DNA from: an uncultured Pseudomonadota bacterium
GTDB taxonomy: Bacteria; SAR324; NAC60-12
NCBI GenBank assembly: GCA_913020725.1
Contig: CAJWCD010000001.1
Coordinates: forward strand, 23,564-87,563
Direction of reading: 5' to 3'
Length of the DNA stretch: 64,000 nucleotides
Part shown: positions 1 to 12,815 of the stretch, one piece after another
Layout: each line of letters starts with the position of its first letter
How positions within the stretch are numbered: position 1 is the first letter of the stretch
The notes under the pieces: model-generated
Database searches by the model: none
Seen by the model: the letters and a program-made list of their open reading frames with translations, nothing else
Told to the model about the DNA's origin: nothing
Program-made: the position numbers and the translations under genes

Positions 1-224
1 TGGGGCTTGGTGCCCACAAACAACACCGTCTGGCCCTGAGCCGAGGACTTTTTCACAAAGTCGTAAGCGTCCTTCAGCTTGCGCAGGGTTTGACGCAGGT
101 CAATGATATGGATACCGCCCTTGGCACCGTAGATGTACGGGGCCATTGCCGGATGCCAGCGTTTGGTCTGGTGCCCAAAGTGAGCGCCAGCTTCTAGGAA
201 TTGTTTCATCGATAAGACAGCCAT
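1..224 (-). CDS. rpsB: 30S ribosomal protein S2, 5' portion (gene continues beyond window start)
   Basis: Absent from the ORF track because it has no in-window stop. Reverse complement from the ATG at 222-224 reads [59 protein letters not shown]..., the conserved S2 N-terminus (LEAGxHFGHQT.RWnP.M...IHIIDL). Confidence 0.85.
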   Translation of the reverse strand, partial: MAVLSMKQFLEAGAHFGHQTKRWHPAMAPYIYGAKGGIHIIDLRQTLRKLKDAYDFVKKSSAQGQTVLFVGTKP

Positions 225-384
225 GAGGTCTCCTGTGAAATGGCTTGGGTGAACCCTTGGGACAAGGGGTCCGGATCAGGGAAATGTGAATCTTCGCCGC
301 AGGCGCTCACGATCTGGTCCCGCAGATTTGAACTCTCCTTTAACGACGTGCGCATTTGCGCAGGTAAACAGACTTTTATAACCG

Positions 385-852
385 ATGGCCGAGCGATTTT
401 CAAGCTATTTCTCTAGAGACGTGTGGGAGTGGCGTCTCGGAACCCCCGAAGAGTTGAGTCGGTTCGATACAATTTGCTTCGTGCGTCCGTGGCAATCTCA
501 GGATTTCGACCAGATGCTTGCCCAGAAAACCATCCATGCTTGGACGGGTCGGATTTCAGGAGAACCGGCCGGCTACGCCTGCGTGCAGTTCATCCCGCCA
601 GAGCTTGAGATTCTACGGTTTGGAGTGCTCCCGGAGTTCCGCAACCAAGGACTCGCCCGGAAAATCTTGAAGGAACTGGAATCGTGGGCGAGGAAGGTCG
701 GAGGGGAAACCATCTTCTTGGAGGTCCACGCAACGAATCATCCGGCCAGAAGGCTGTATGCCGGAAGTGGCTTTCGGGACGTGGGAATCCGGAAGGGCTA
801 CTACACCGACCCTCCGGGAGATGCGCTGCTGCTCCAAAAAACGCTCGGCTAG
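385..852 (+). CDS. GNAT family N-acetyltransferase, RimI-like (ribosomal-protein-alanine acetyltransferase family)
   Basis: 155 aa with acetyl-CoA-binding GNAT motifs (RNQGLARKIL..., ETIFLEVHATNHPARRLYAGSGF). Divergent from rpsB. The stop TAG at 850-852 shares the CTAG tetranucleotide with the convergent uvrA stop. Confidence 0.75.
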   Translation: MAERFSSYFSRDVWEWRLGTPEELSRFDTICFVRPWQSQDFDQMLAQKTIHAWTGRISGEPAGYACVQFIPPELEILRFGVLPEFRNQGLARKILKELESWARKVGGETIFLEVHATNHPARRLYAGSGFRDVGIRKGYYTDPPGDALLLQKTLG

Positions 853-3800
853 GCCGCTCCAGAATCCGGTACAGACAAGGCCGTTCCGGGGGCCATTCCG
901 AACAAGGGAGAGAGAGCCTGCCCCGTGTAGCTGTCAGGGCAGCGGGCACAATCCTCCGGAGTTCCGGAGAACAGCAAGTGACCTCCAGCCCCCCCTCCTT
1001 CCGGTCCCAAATCAACAAGCCAATCTGCTGTCTTGATCACCTCCGGATTGTGTTCGATGACGACCACAGTGCTGCCTTCGTCCACCAGTCGATGCAACAC
1101 CTTGAGCAGGCGGGCTACGTCGTCTACGTGCAATCCGGTGGTCGGCTCGTCGAGGATGTAGAGCGTCCCGCCTTTGGAACGCTTGGCGAGTTCCGCCGCG
1201 AGTTTGATGCGCTGGGCTTCGCCTCCGGAAAAGGTGTGCCCAGCCTGCCCCAGCTTCATGTAGCCCAAGCCCACGTCCTGAAGGGTCTGGAGGATGCGGC
1301 GAATGCGGGGCTGAGCTTCGAACAACTCCAACGCCTGCGTGATTTCCAACCCCAGCACATCAGCGATCGTCTGCCCTCGGTAGGTCACGGTCAGCGTCTC
1401 GCGGTTGTAGCGCTTGCCCTTGCAGGCATCGCAGGGAATCCAGACATCCGAGAGGAAGTGCATCTCGATGAGGTGATAGCCCTGCCCATCGCAAGTGGCA
1501 CAGCGTCCTTCGGCAGCATTGAAGGAAAAGCGACGTTTCGTGAAACCCCGTGCCTTGGCTTCGGGCATCATCGCAAAGACATCCCGGATCGGATCCAGCG
1601 CCTTGGAGTAGGTCGCAGGGTTCGAGCGCGGAGTGCGGCCAATCGGGTCTTGGTCAATGACCATGAGTTGCGAAACGTACTCCAGCCCCGTGATTTTCCG
1701 GTGCGCCCCAACCTCGACTCGCTTTCCGGACACCCTGCGCTCGGCGGCCCGCAAGAGCGTGTCCACCACCAGCGAGGATTTCCCGGAACCCGAAACCCCC
1801 GTCACCACTGTCAGCACACCCAGCGGGAATTCCACATCAACCTCTTTGAGGTTGTGTTGGGATGCCCCCTGAATCAGAATGGCGCGTTGCGAATTGACCG
1901 GCCTGCGCTCTTCCGGAATCAGGATTCCCTTTTTGCCACTGAGGTACTTTCCGGTAATCGAACTGCCTTTGTGTTCGACCTGCTTCGGACTCCCGGAGGC
2001 CACCACCATGCCACCGTAGTGCCCCGCCCCCGGTCCCACGTCCACCAGGTGATCTGCTTGTCGGATCACCTCAAGATCGTGTTCGACCACGATGATCGTG
2101 TTGCCCAAGTCCCGCAACCGCTTGAGGGTGCGGACGAGACGGTCCGTATCGCGGGGGTGCAGGCCGATGGTGGGTTCATCAAGAACGTACATCACACCTA
2201 CCAATCCAGAGCCGATCTGCGATGCCAGCCGAATGCGCTGAGCTTCTCCGCCGGAAAGGGTGGCAGCTCGCTGATCTAGCGTGAGGTAATCCAGCCCTAC
2301 ACTTTCCAGAAACTCCAGCCGCGTGAGGATCTCACGCAAGGGCTGCTCGGCGATCACTTGCTCGTTGCGCGTCAACCGCCACGACTCCAGTTCTGCACGA
2401 GCCTCACACACATTAAGTCGGCAGAGCTGGCTGATGTTGAGCCCCGCGATTTTCACAGCCCGCACCACCGGCTTGAGGCGTTCGCCTCCGCAGTCCGGAC
2501 ACTTCGTCTCCCCGCGATAACTGGACAGTTCCCCCAAACCGTCACAGTGCGGACACGCTCCCACATGCGAGTTGAACGAGAACATCCGGGGCGTCAACTC
2601 CTCCTCCAAGAAAAAATCATCTTCCACATCGGCCGGAACTTCCGAGAGCCATTCCGTCTTTTTCTTGTCCGGAAAACGCAGTTTAAGCAAGCCATGTCCT
2701 CGACTGAAGGCAGTTTCAAACGCCTCCGCGAGCCGTTTCTGTTCCTCGGCCTCCACCCGCACCCGATCCACCACGAGGTCCACACTCGTTTTCCGGGTGA
2801 GCTTGCGCGGCTTTTTTGCCGTGTCCCACTCGTCCAGCAGCACGGGCTTGCCGTTGACGAGCATCCGCACAAAGCCATCCTCCCACAAGGACGAAACCAC
2901 ACTCGACAGGTGATCCGGACGATCCAGTAGTAAATCCTTTGTCGAGCCGGGCAGAAAGAGCGGAGCCAGCACTTCCACGCGCTCGCCATCGTGATGCTCG
3001 GTGACATGCAGCGCCGCCCGGGTGGGGGTGAAGTGCCGGAGCGGACGCCCGGACTTGGGTGAGTGCGGTTTGCCTATGCGGGCAAAGAGCAGGCGCAGGT
3101 AATCGTAAATCTCGGTCGTTGTGGCAACGGTGGAGCGGGGATTGCGACTCGCTCTCTTTTGGTCAATCGCAATTGCCGGAGTCAACCCTTCGATCGAATC
3201 CACTGGCGCCTTGTCCATGCGTCCGAGGAAACGACGGGCGTAGGTGGAAAGTGATTCTACATAGCGAGCCTGTCCCTCGGCAAAAAGCGTGTCGAACGCA
3301 AGGCTCGTCTTCCCGGAACCCGAAACCCCCGTGATGACCGTCAGCTTGTTCGCCGGAATGCGGACATCCACATGCCGCAGGTTGTTCTTGGACGCGCCCT
3401 TCACCACCAAATCCCGCAACGGCACTTTGGGAAGTGCGCGGAATTTTGCGGACGAGTCCGCGATTGTTTCCGTTGCGGAATTGGTGTGGGCGCGGGTACG
3501 CTGCCTCGTGCTACCGCCAAGTCCCTTTGGAACTTTGCCCCTCTGGAACTTTGCCCCTTCCCTCAGCACTTGGGCGAGGAACTGCCCCGTGAGCGTTTTC
3601 TGCTCAGCCAAGTGTTCTGGAGTGCCCACACCAACGACTTGGCCTCCGTGCTTCCCACCACCTGGGCCAAGTTCAATGACGTGATCCGCGACTTTGAGGA
3701 CGTCAAGGTTGTGTTCGATGACCAACACCGTGTTGCCCTGCACGACCAATTCGTCGAGCGCTTTCAGCAGAACCCGGATGTCCTGAAAGTGCAGTCCGGT

Positions 3801-6389
3801 CGTCGGTTCATCGAAAATGTAGAACGTGTTGCCCGTGGCTTTTTTTCGTAACTCAGAGGCGAGTTTCACACGCTGCGCTTCTCCTCCGGAAAGCGTCGTG
3901 GAGGGTTGCCCAAGCCTGACGTAGCCTAGCCCCACGCTTTGCAGGGCTTGCAGGATGGGAGCGATCTTGGGCTGGCTTGAGAAGAACTCTGCCCCTTCGT
4001 CCACCGTCATCTCTAACACATCGATGATCGTCTTACGCTTGTAGCGGATTTGCAGAGTTTCGGCGTTGAAGCGTTTCCCCTGGCAGGTGTCACAGGGAAT
4101 CTGCACATCCGCCAAAAACTGCATCTCGATGGTCTGCACTCCGTTGCCGTTGCAGTCCCCACAACGCCCACCCCAGACGTTGAAGGAGAAACGGCTTTTG
4201 GTGTAGCCCCGCACCTTCGCTTCCGGAACCTTTGCAAACAGGTCGCGGATGGGGTCCAACACCTTGGTGTAGGTCGCGGGGTTGCTGCGCGGGGTGCGGC
4301 CAATCGGGGCTTGGCTAATCTCGATGACGCGGTCCACATGCTCTAGTCCCGTGATGCGGTCGTGTGGTCCCGGAACCTCAACACTGTTTGGGATGAGTTT
4401 TTGGGCGATCGCCTTTTTGAGAATGCCATCGATGAGCGACGATTTCCCGGAGCCGGAAACCCCCGCCACCGCCACGAAGCAGCCCAGCGGAATCTCGACC
4501 GTCACATCTTGCAGGTTGTTGAGGCGGGCACCGTGGACGGTGAGCCTGTTTTCGCCAAGAGTCCGGTGCTGCTCCGGAAGCGCGATTTGCTCGATGCCTG
4601 CGAGGAATTTTCCGGTGACCGATTCCGGGGTGTTCCGAAGATCACTCACGCTGCCTTCAGCAGTGATGTACCCACCCTCCAACCCAGCGACTGGGCCAAT
4701 GTCCACCAAGTGATCGGCAGATTCGATGGTTTCTTCGTCATGCTCGACCACCAGCACTGTGTTGCCACGATCCCGCAGTTTTTTGAGGGTGCGGATGAGC
4801 TTCTGGTTGTCGCTCTGGTGCAGGCCAATGGAGGGTTCATCCAAGACATAAAGCACCCCTTGGAGTCCGGCTCCAAGTTGTGAAGCGAGCCGGATGCGCT
4901 GGCCCTCGCCGCCAGCGAGTGATCCTGCGGAGCGGTCGAGGGTAAGGTAGCCGACCCCAACATCGTTGAGGAAGTGCAACCGGTCACGGATTTCCCGGAA
5001 AATGTCCCGGCCAATCTTCTGCTCGGTTTCGGTGGGAACGAGGTTCACGAAGAAATCGAGGGCTTCTTCGATGGACACCTCGCTGAGTTGGTCAATCGTG
5101 CGCTCGTGAAAGCGCACCGCCAAGGCCATCGCACTGAGACGCTTGCCGTGACAGTCCGGACAGATCGAGGAGTCCTGGAACTTTTCCATCGGCCCCCGCA
5201 CAAAGCGATAAACGAACTCCAAAATTGGCACCACTCCGGGCCAGTGCCCCTGCTGAATCTTGCGGCGGAGTTGTCCGGGAAAGCGAAAGACATTGGACAC
5301 GCCCAAGGGGGCACTGCCCTTGCCGTGCAGGATGAGGTTGCGCTGCTCTTCCGGAAGCTCACCCCATGGAGTGGACCAACTCACCTTGAGCTTGTTGCTG
5401 GCGGCCTGAAGGTGGGTGTGGTCAATGCGGGTAAAGAGGATATTGCCGCGCTCGGTACAACAAAGCAACGCCCCATCCCGCAGTGAAAGTGCGGGATCGC
5501 AGAGCTTGTCCTCGACAAAGGTGTTCAGCACCCCAAGGCCGTTGCAGGTGGAACATGCCCCTTGCGGAGCGTTGAACGAGAAGAGCCGAGGCTCCATTTC
5601 TGGAAGGGCGGTCTGGCACTTCGGACACGCAAGCAGTTGGCTGAAGAGGTGATCGTGGTCGCAGTAGTTCAGCACCACCAGCCCGTTTGCGAGTTGCAGA
5701 GCTTTCTCCACGCCCTCAGTGAAACGACTCTTTTCGTCGGAGCTGAGCGTGAGGCGATCCAGCACCAACTCGATGGTGTGCTTCTCGTAACGAGCGAGGG
5801 TGATTTCCTCATCAAGCCGCCGCACCTCGCCATCAATCCGCGCCCGCACAAAGCCCTCCTTCGCCCAGCCGACCATTTCCTTGCGGTACTCGCCCTTGCG
5901 TTCGCGGACCATCGGCGCAAGCAGCAGGCAGGTTTCGCCCTCTGCGTCGGCATACGCGAAATCGGTGATCTGCTCCGGAGTTTGGGTGGTCACCGGAACT
6001 TGACACTTGGGGCAGTGCGGAGTGCCCAACCGTGCGAAGAGCAACCGGAAGTGGTCGTACACCTCCGTGATCGTGCCCACCGTGGAGCGTGGGTTGCGGT
6101 TTACCGTTTTCTGGTCAACAGAAATGGTTGGACTGAGCCCCTCGATGTGTTCCACCTTGGGCTTTTCCATCTGCCCAAGGAACTGGCGGGCGTAGGGCGA
6201 GAGTGACTCGACAAAACGTCGCTGGCCCTCCTTGAAGATGGTGTCAAAGGCGAGGGAGGATTTCCCGGAACCGCTCACTCCCGTGAAGACGGTGAGCGCA
6301 TTGCGGGGCAGGGTGAGATTGACGTCCTTGAGGTTGTGTTCGGACGCACCGACAATGACGATTTGGTCAGGCGAATCCGGAGCATCCAT
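849..6389 (-). CDS. uvrA: Excinuclease ABC subunit A, tandem-fused double UvrA (two complete UvrA modules in one 1846-aa ORF)
   Basis: Single 5.5-kb ORF. Four Walker A sites are visible (TGVSGSGKSSLAFDT, AGVSGSGKSSLIDG, TGVSGSGKTSLAFDT, TGVSGSGKSSLVVDT), plus four ABC signature/Walker B pairs and UvrA zinc modules (CPKCQ...CPKCQ, CSTCNGLG, CPHCDGLG, CGDCNGNG). A second UvrA N-terminus (RDLVVKGASKNNLRHVDVRIP...) restarts near residue 940 after a low-complexity linker. Confidence 0.9.
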   Translation of the reverse strand: MDAPDSPDQIVIVGASEHNLKDVNLTLPRNALTVFTGVSGSGKSSLAFDTIFKEGQRRFVESLSPYARQFLGQMEKPKVEHIEGLSPTISVDQKTVNRNPRSTVGTITEVYDHFRLLFARLGTPHCPKCQVPVTTQTPEQITDFAYADAEGETCLLLAPMVRERKGEYRKEMVGWAKEGFVRARIDGEVRRLDEEITLARYEKHTIELVLDRLTLSSDEKSRFTEGVEKALQLANGLVVLNYCDHDHLFSQLLACPKCQTALPEMEPRLFSFNAPQGACSTCNGLGVLNTFVEDKLCDPALSLRDGALLCCTERGNILFTRIDHTHLQAASNKLKVSWSTPWGELPEEQRNLILHGKGSAPLGVSNVFRFPGQLRRKIQQGHWPGVVPILEFVYRFVRGPMEKFQDSSICPDCHGKRLSAMALAVRFHERTIDQLSEVSIEEALDFFVNLVPTETEQKIGRDIFREIRDRLHFLNDVGVGYLTLDRSAGSLAGGEGQRIRLASQLGAGLQGVLYVLDEPSIGLHQSDNQKLIRTLKKLRDRGNTVLVVEHDEETIESADHLVDIGPVAGLEGGYITAEGSVSDLRNTPESVTGKFLAGIEQIALPEQHRTLGENRLTVHGARLNNLQDVTVEIPLGCFVAVAGVSGSGKSSLIDGILKKAIAQKLIPNSVEVPGPHDRITGLEHVDRVIEISQAPIGRTPRSNPATYTKVLDPIRDLFAKVPEAKVRGYTKSRFSFNVWGGRCGDCNGNGVQTIEMQFLADVQIPCDTCQGKRFNAETLQIRYKRKTIIDVLEMTVDEGAEFFSSQPKIAPILQALQSVGLGYVRLGQPSTTLSGGEAQRVKLASELRKKATGNTFYIFDEPTTGLHFQDIRVLLKALDELVVQGNTVLVIEHNLDVLKVADHVIELGPGGGKHGGQVVGVGTPEHLAEQKTLTGQFLAQVLREGAKFQRGKVPKGLGGSTRQRTRAHTNSATETIADSSAKFRALPKVPLRDLVVKGASKNNLRHVDVRIPANKLTVITGVSGSGKTSLAFDTLFAEGQARYVESLSTYARRFLGRMDKAPVDSIEGLTPAIAIDQKRASRNPRSTVATTTEIYDYLRLLFARIGKPHSPKSGRPLRHFTPTRAALHVTEHHDGERVEVLAPLFLPGSTKDLLLDRPDHLSSVVSSLWEDGFVRMLVNGKPVLLDEWDTAKKPRKLTRKTSVDLVVDRVRVEAEEQKRLAEAFETAFSRGHGLLKLRFPDKKKTEWLSEVPADVEDDFFLEEELTPRMFSFNSHVGACPHCDGLGELSSYRGETKCPDCGGERLKPVVRAVKIAGLNISQLCRLNVCEARAELESWRLTRNEQVIAEQPLREILTRLEFLESVGLDYLTLDQRAATLSGGEAQRIRLASQIGSGLVGVMYVLDEPTIGLHPRDTDRLVRTLKRLRDLGNTIIVVEHDLEVIRQADHLVDVGPGAGHYGGMVVASGSPKQVEHKGSSITGKYLSGKKGILIPEERRPVNSQRAILIQGASQHNLKEVDVEFPLGVLTVVTGVSGSGKSSLVVDTLLRAAERRVSGKRVEVGAHRKITGLEYVSQLMVIDQDPIGRTPRSNPATYSKALDPIRDVFAMMPEAKARGFTKRRFSFNAAEGRCATCDGQGYHLIEMHFLSDVWIPCDACKGKRYNRETLTVTYRGQTIADVLGLEITQALELFEAQPRIRRILQTLQDVGLGYMKLGQAGHTFSGGEAQRIKLAAELAKRSKGGTLYILDEPTTGLHVDDVARLLKVLHRLVDEGSTVVVIEHNPEVIKTADWLVDLGPEGGGAGGHLLFSGTPEDCARCPDSYTGQALSPLFGMAPGTALSVPDSGAA

Positions 6390-6428
6390 GCGGGATCAAG
6401 CGATAGTGTCAATCTAACAGGGAAAACT

Positions 6429-9158
<2,730 letters not shown>

Positions 9159-9265
9159 TGAGCCTTGTCTGGTGCAATCTGGAGGTGGGCGGGAGGTTGC
9201 TCCGGAAGGGGGCGGAAGTCCCGGACTCACCGCGAAATGATGGGCTGGCGCAGCCTTGAGTGGTT

Positions 9266-11281
9266 CTAGGAAATTTTAGCAGACCACCGGGATGAGTCAA
9301 GCCGTGCCACAGTTTGCCTCTCAGCCCGAGACAGGGCTTTCGCCGAGGCTGACACTTCGCGGGTTTGATTCCGGATATACTGTTCGGCCTCGCACAGAAA
9401 GGCGTGAATCTCCACCGCCAACGCCTCCGGAATGCCCGGTGCTTCCGCGATCTCGGCCACTGAGGCCGACTGTAGCCGCTTGAGACTGCCAAAATGCCGC
9501 AGCAGCCCACGCTTGCGCTGTGGCCCCACTCCGGGGATCTCGTCGATGAGCGAGCGCAGGTTCTGCTTGCGCTTGAGGGCACGCTGAAACTCGACAGCAA
9601 AACGATGGGTCTCATCCCGGATGTTCTGGAGAAAGTGGAGGACGACTGAATTCCGAGGCAGCCGAATTTCGTTCTTTTGATTGGGACGTACCACATATTC
9701 GAAATCCTCGTTGTGCTTGCGGCGGATCCGGCCCCGGCGTTCGCTTCGACCTTTTGCCAACCCCAGTAGTTCCACCTCCCCGCTGTGGATGCCGAGCCTT
9801 TGCAAAACGGCGGCGGCGGCGTTGACTTGCCCCTTGCCCCCGTCAATGAGGATCAAATCCGGGAGCGGCATTTCTCCACTGGCGACTCGTTTGTAACGCC
9901 TAGCCAGCACTTCCTCCATGCTGGCAAAATCATCTCCATCCGAAACGCTCCGGATCCGGTATTTGCGGTAGCCTTCCTTGCAGGGGCGGTTCTGCTTCCA
10001 GCACACCATCGAGGCGACTGTCATCGTTCCGGAAAGGTGGGAAATGTCGAAAGCCTCCACCATTTCCGGAAGCTTGCGCAAGCGCAGGAAACGCTGGACC
10101 TGCTCCAGCACGTTGCTTTCCCGATCAAGGCGTCCGCGCTGCTCCGTGAGGTTGAATTTAGCGTTGTTGAACGCCATCGTCACCAACTCGTGCTTGCGAC
10201 CTTTTTTTGGGACGGAAACGTACACCCGCCGCTCGGCCCGCTTATTGAGAGCTTCCGCCAGTGCCTCCTGATCGGAGTATGAAAACGGCAGCAGGATTTC
10301 GCGGGGGATGTGCGCGGATTCGCCCGTGTAAAGTCGGTTGAGAACAAGTCCAAGCAGGTTGTCCTCCGACGCTTCGCTGCTTCCGGATTCGTAGAAGAAG
10401 TCGCTCCCCAGCAAACGGCCATTACGAATGAACAACACCTGAACGACAGAACTTTCGCCCTCGCGGTAGAGGTTCAGCACATCCTGATCCTCGCCCTTGG
10501 TGCTAAGAACCATCTGCCGCTCAAAGACGCGCTTGAGTGATTGAATCTGATCCCGGATGGCCGCCGCTCGTTCAAACTCCAAACGCTCAGAGGCCTCCTG
10601 CATATCGGTTTCAAAATCACCCATCAACTCCTTGTCCCGTCCCCGTAGAAACATCCGGACGTGGTTCACAACCTGCTGGTATTCGCTGACCTCAACGGTT
10701 CCCCGACAGGGAGCGATGCAACGCCGCAACTGGTAATTGAGGCAGGGGCGATAGGCTTTGGTGCCGTCCAGCACCATCTTGCTGGTCCGCAATGGAAAGT
10801 AGCGGCTCACCACTCGCAGCACCTGCCGAGCGTCCTTGACTGAAGGATACGGACCGTAATACTCGGCTTTGGGATCGTGCTTCTCACGCACCAGAAACAG
10901 GCGCGGGTACCTCTCGTTGACTGTGAGCTTGCAGAAAGGATAGGACTTGTCGTCCTTGAGCAGGACATTGTAGCGCGGACGGTGGCTCTTGATGAGCTGC
11001 TCCTCCAGAATCAGTGCTTCCGCTTCCGTGTCCGTGATGATCAGAGTGACATCATGAACCAGCGAGACCATAATCTGGATGCGTAGGGTGTGGTTCGCGG
11101 AGGGCTGGAAGTAAGAGCGAACCCGCTGGCGAAGGGACTTGGCCTTGCCAATGTAGAGGATGTCGCCCACAACACTCCGAAACTGGTAAACCCCCGGAGC
11201 GTCAGGCAAGTGCTGGAGTTTTTCACGGATGGGGGCGTCGCCCCACGATACCTTTCCGGATTCTTGAACTTGCTTGGTCAA
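9266..11281 (-). CDS. uvrC: Excinuclease ABC subunit C
   Basis: N-terminal GIY-YIG motif (GVYQFRSVVGDILYIGKAKSLRQRV), UvrBC-interaction region, RNaseH-like endonuclease domain and C-terminal HhH pair (LLRHFGSLKRLQSASVAEIAEAPGI). 671 aa. Confidence 0.9.
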   Translation of the reverse strand: MTKQVQESGKVSWGDAPIREKLQHLPDAPGVYQFRSVVGDILYIGKAKSLRQRVRSYFQPSANHTLRIQIMVSLVHDVTLIITDTEAEALILEEQLIKSHRPRYNVLLKDDKSYPFCKLTVNERYPRLFLVREKHDPKAEYYGPYPSVKDARQVLRVVSRYFPLRTSKMVLDGTKAYRPCLNYQLRRCIAPCRGTVEVSEYQQVVNHVRMFLRGRDKELMGDFETDMQEASERLEFERAAAIRDQIQSLKRVFERQMVLSTKGEDQDVLNLYREGESSVVQVLFIRNGRLLGSDFFYESGSSEASEDNLLGLVLNRLYTGESAHIPREILLPFSYSDQEALAEALNKRAERRVYVSVPKKGRKHELVTMAFNNAKFNLTEQRGRLDRESNVLEQVQRFLRLRKLPEMVEAFDISHLSGTMTVASMVCWKQNRPCKEGYRKYRIRSVSDGDDFASMEEVLARRYKRVASGEMPLPDLILIDGGKGQVNAAAAVLQRLGIHSGEVELLGLAKGRSERRGRIRRKHNEDFEYVVRPNQKNEIRLPRNSVVLHFLQNIRDETHRFAVEFQRALKRKQNLRSLIDEIPGVGPQRKRGLLRHFGSLKRLQSASVAEIAEAPGIPEALAVEIHAFLCEAEQYIRNQTREVSASAKALSRAERQTVARLDSSRWSAKIS

Positions 11282-11367
11282 GCTCTGCTCCCTGTTGTGG
11301 AAATCCGTACGTGGTTTGAGGCATTGTTACTCCTCAAAAGGAGCAGATGACCTACGAAGCGAAGAAA

Positions 11368-11976
11368 TCACTTTGTCAGCAAATCTTCAAAGGTTTCCGG
11401 CACTTTATCTGTAAAATCAGCCATTGACCCGTAGCGGCCAATGTCCATCTTGAGGCTGCCCATCAGGATCACGCTGGGGGTACCAGTCACGCCATACGCA
11501 TTGGATTTCTGGATGCCTGCCTGAATGGCTTCGTTGACCCACGGTTTGTTTTTTTCTTGCGAGTACACAGCCCCCAAGCCAAGCGAGCGAGCCAAATAGT
11601 TGCAGATGCCCGCATCAAAGACCTCAACCCCGTGGACGAAACGGGCATCAAACAGGGCTGTCCGAACCAAGTCCCCCTTGCCGACTGATTGGGCAACATA
11701 GTAGAGCCGCAGGGGTGAATCGTCCTGTCCTCGGAAGGTGATCGGAATATCTACGAACTCTACGCGGTCTCCCCATTGTTTCCGCAATTCTTCAGAGGCC
11801 TTGCGCAAATTGTTGCAATGGGCGCAGCCAAAGTTGATGATCTCCTCATAGATCACCTTTTGCACACTATGGGATTCAGGCTTGGTGCCCACCAAGGAGT
11901 AGTGGCCGCGAATCTTAGCGGCAAACAAGGGAGTGGAAAGCAGGAGGAATCCTGCACTGAGAGCCATCCATCGCAT
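11368..11976 (-). CDS. Periplasmic thiol:disulfide oxidoreductase, DsbA-like (thioredoxin fold, CAHC active site)
   Basis: Signal peptide MRWMALSAGFLLLSTPLFA. CxxC motif FGCAHCNN in a thioredoxin-like context. About 200 aa. Confidence 0.65.
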   Translation of the reverse strand: MRWMALSAGFLLLSTPLFAAKIRGHYSLVGTKPESHSVQKVIYEEIINFGCAHCNNLRKASEELRKQWGDRVEFVDIPITFRGQDDSPLRLYYVAQSVGKGDLVRTALFDARFVHGVEVFDAGICNYLARSLGLGAVYSQEKNKPWVNEAIQAGIQKSNAYGVTGTPSVILMGSLKMDIGRYGSMADFTDKVPETFEDLLTK

Positions 11977-12015
11977 CTATGAACTCGGTTCGGGTTGATA
12001 AGTGGCTGATTTACG

Positions 12016-12783
12016 CTAGCTGTTTTCCGGAGAGTTGCCAGTCATTCCTGCGAAGCCCAAGTCTCCGTGGAGGAATTGCAGGATCGCCGCAACGCCCAAC
12101 ACCGCCGTTTCCGTGCGCAGAACCCTTGGCCCCAAGGCCACCTCACAAAAACTTCGGCTCCGTGCCCATGCGACCTCATCCGGATGCAGCCCGCCTTCCG
12201 GACCAATCAACACCTGATGGGTTGGTACCATCAGGCTCCCACCTTGGTTCAGCAAGCCCCGTTGAGCTTCCGGAGTCAGCACCCAGCGCTGTGTCGGAGT
12301 TGCGGTTTTCTCAACGGCATCTTCCAGCCGCTCCCGCCATTGCAGTTGCGGAGGAAACTGACGTCCGGACTGCTTGCACGCCTCCTCAGTGATCCGCTGC
12401 CAGCGCTGAAGCCGATTCTTCGTGGAATCCGTGTGTTTCGGAGAGAACTTTCCGGGAAACAAAGTGAGGCGAGAGACTCCCAACTCGGTGCTTTTTTGCA
12501 GCACGAAATCAAGGGCCTTTTCTTTGGGAAGGGCAACCAGCAGTTCCAAAACCAAGGGAGACAGCGGTGGCACTGGAAGCTTCGACTCCACCCGGAACCT
12601 CACAGAGCGGCGCTCCACACTACTAACGACCACGGCCTGAAACCGTGCCCCTGTGGAATCCTGAACCTCGATCCGCTCTTCCGGTCGCAGTCTGCGGGAC
12701 TGTTTGGCGTGCTGAGCTTCCGGACCAATCAGCGTTGCACTTTCTCCGCTTCCCAGCTTTTTATTGTAGCGAAAATAGGGCAT
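12016..12783 (-). CDS. rsmE: 16S rRNA (uracil1498-N3)-methyltransferase RsmE
   Basis: 255 aa. RsmE/SPOUT signature LIGPEGGLHPDE and RTETAVL near the C-terminus, with a PUA-like N-terminal domain. Confidence 0.8.
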   Translation of the reverse strand: MPYFRYNKKLGSGESATLIGPEAQHAKQSRRLRPEERIEVQDSTGARFQAVVVSSVERRSVRFRVESKLPVPPLSPLVLELLVALPKEKALDFVLQKSTELGVSRLTLFPGKFSPKHTDSTKNRLQRWQRITEEACKQSGRQFPPQLQWRERLEDAVEKTATPTQRWVLTPEAQRGLLNQGGSLMVPTHQVLIGPEGGLHPDEVAWARSRSFCEVALGPRVLRTETAVLGVAAILQFLHGDLGFAGMTGNSPENS

Positions 12784-12815
12784 GGGAAAAAGCCCCCCCG
12801 GAGCAGCGAAGCAAG

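Noticed and set aside
849-852. CTAG shared by the convergent rimI-like stop (TAG) and the uvrA stop (TAG on the other strand)
   Set aside because: A compact-genome coincidence. It has no functional implication beyond showing that neither gene has a terminator of its own between them.
684-2279. 531-aa ORF on the plus strand, and similar long ORFs at 5562-6206, 8334-9137, 12067-12972, 13305-14228, 16487-17221, 22348-23163, 33875-34930 and 35060-35980
   Set aside because: All lie antisense to, or out of frame within, strongly supported genes (uvrA, secA, rsmE, clpA, pyrE, gyrB, the ParC-like gene). Long spurious antisense ORFs are expected at this GC content. None shows a recognisable motif.
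9159-9230. 24-codon N-terminal extension of the secA ORF (MSPGLPPPSGATSRPPPDCTRQGS)
   Set aside because: The canonical SecA N-terminus begins at the internal Met (MLKKITKLFG...). The extension is Pro/Gly-rich read-through of the upstream region.
11282-11367. Inverted repeats (TTGAGG...CCTCAA and CTGCTCC...GGAGCAG) between dsbA-like and uvrC
   Set aside because: No T-run follows on the transcribed (minus) strand, so it is not a convincing intrinsic terminator. It may still be structured, but there is no basis to call it.
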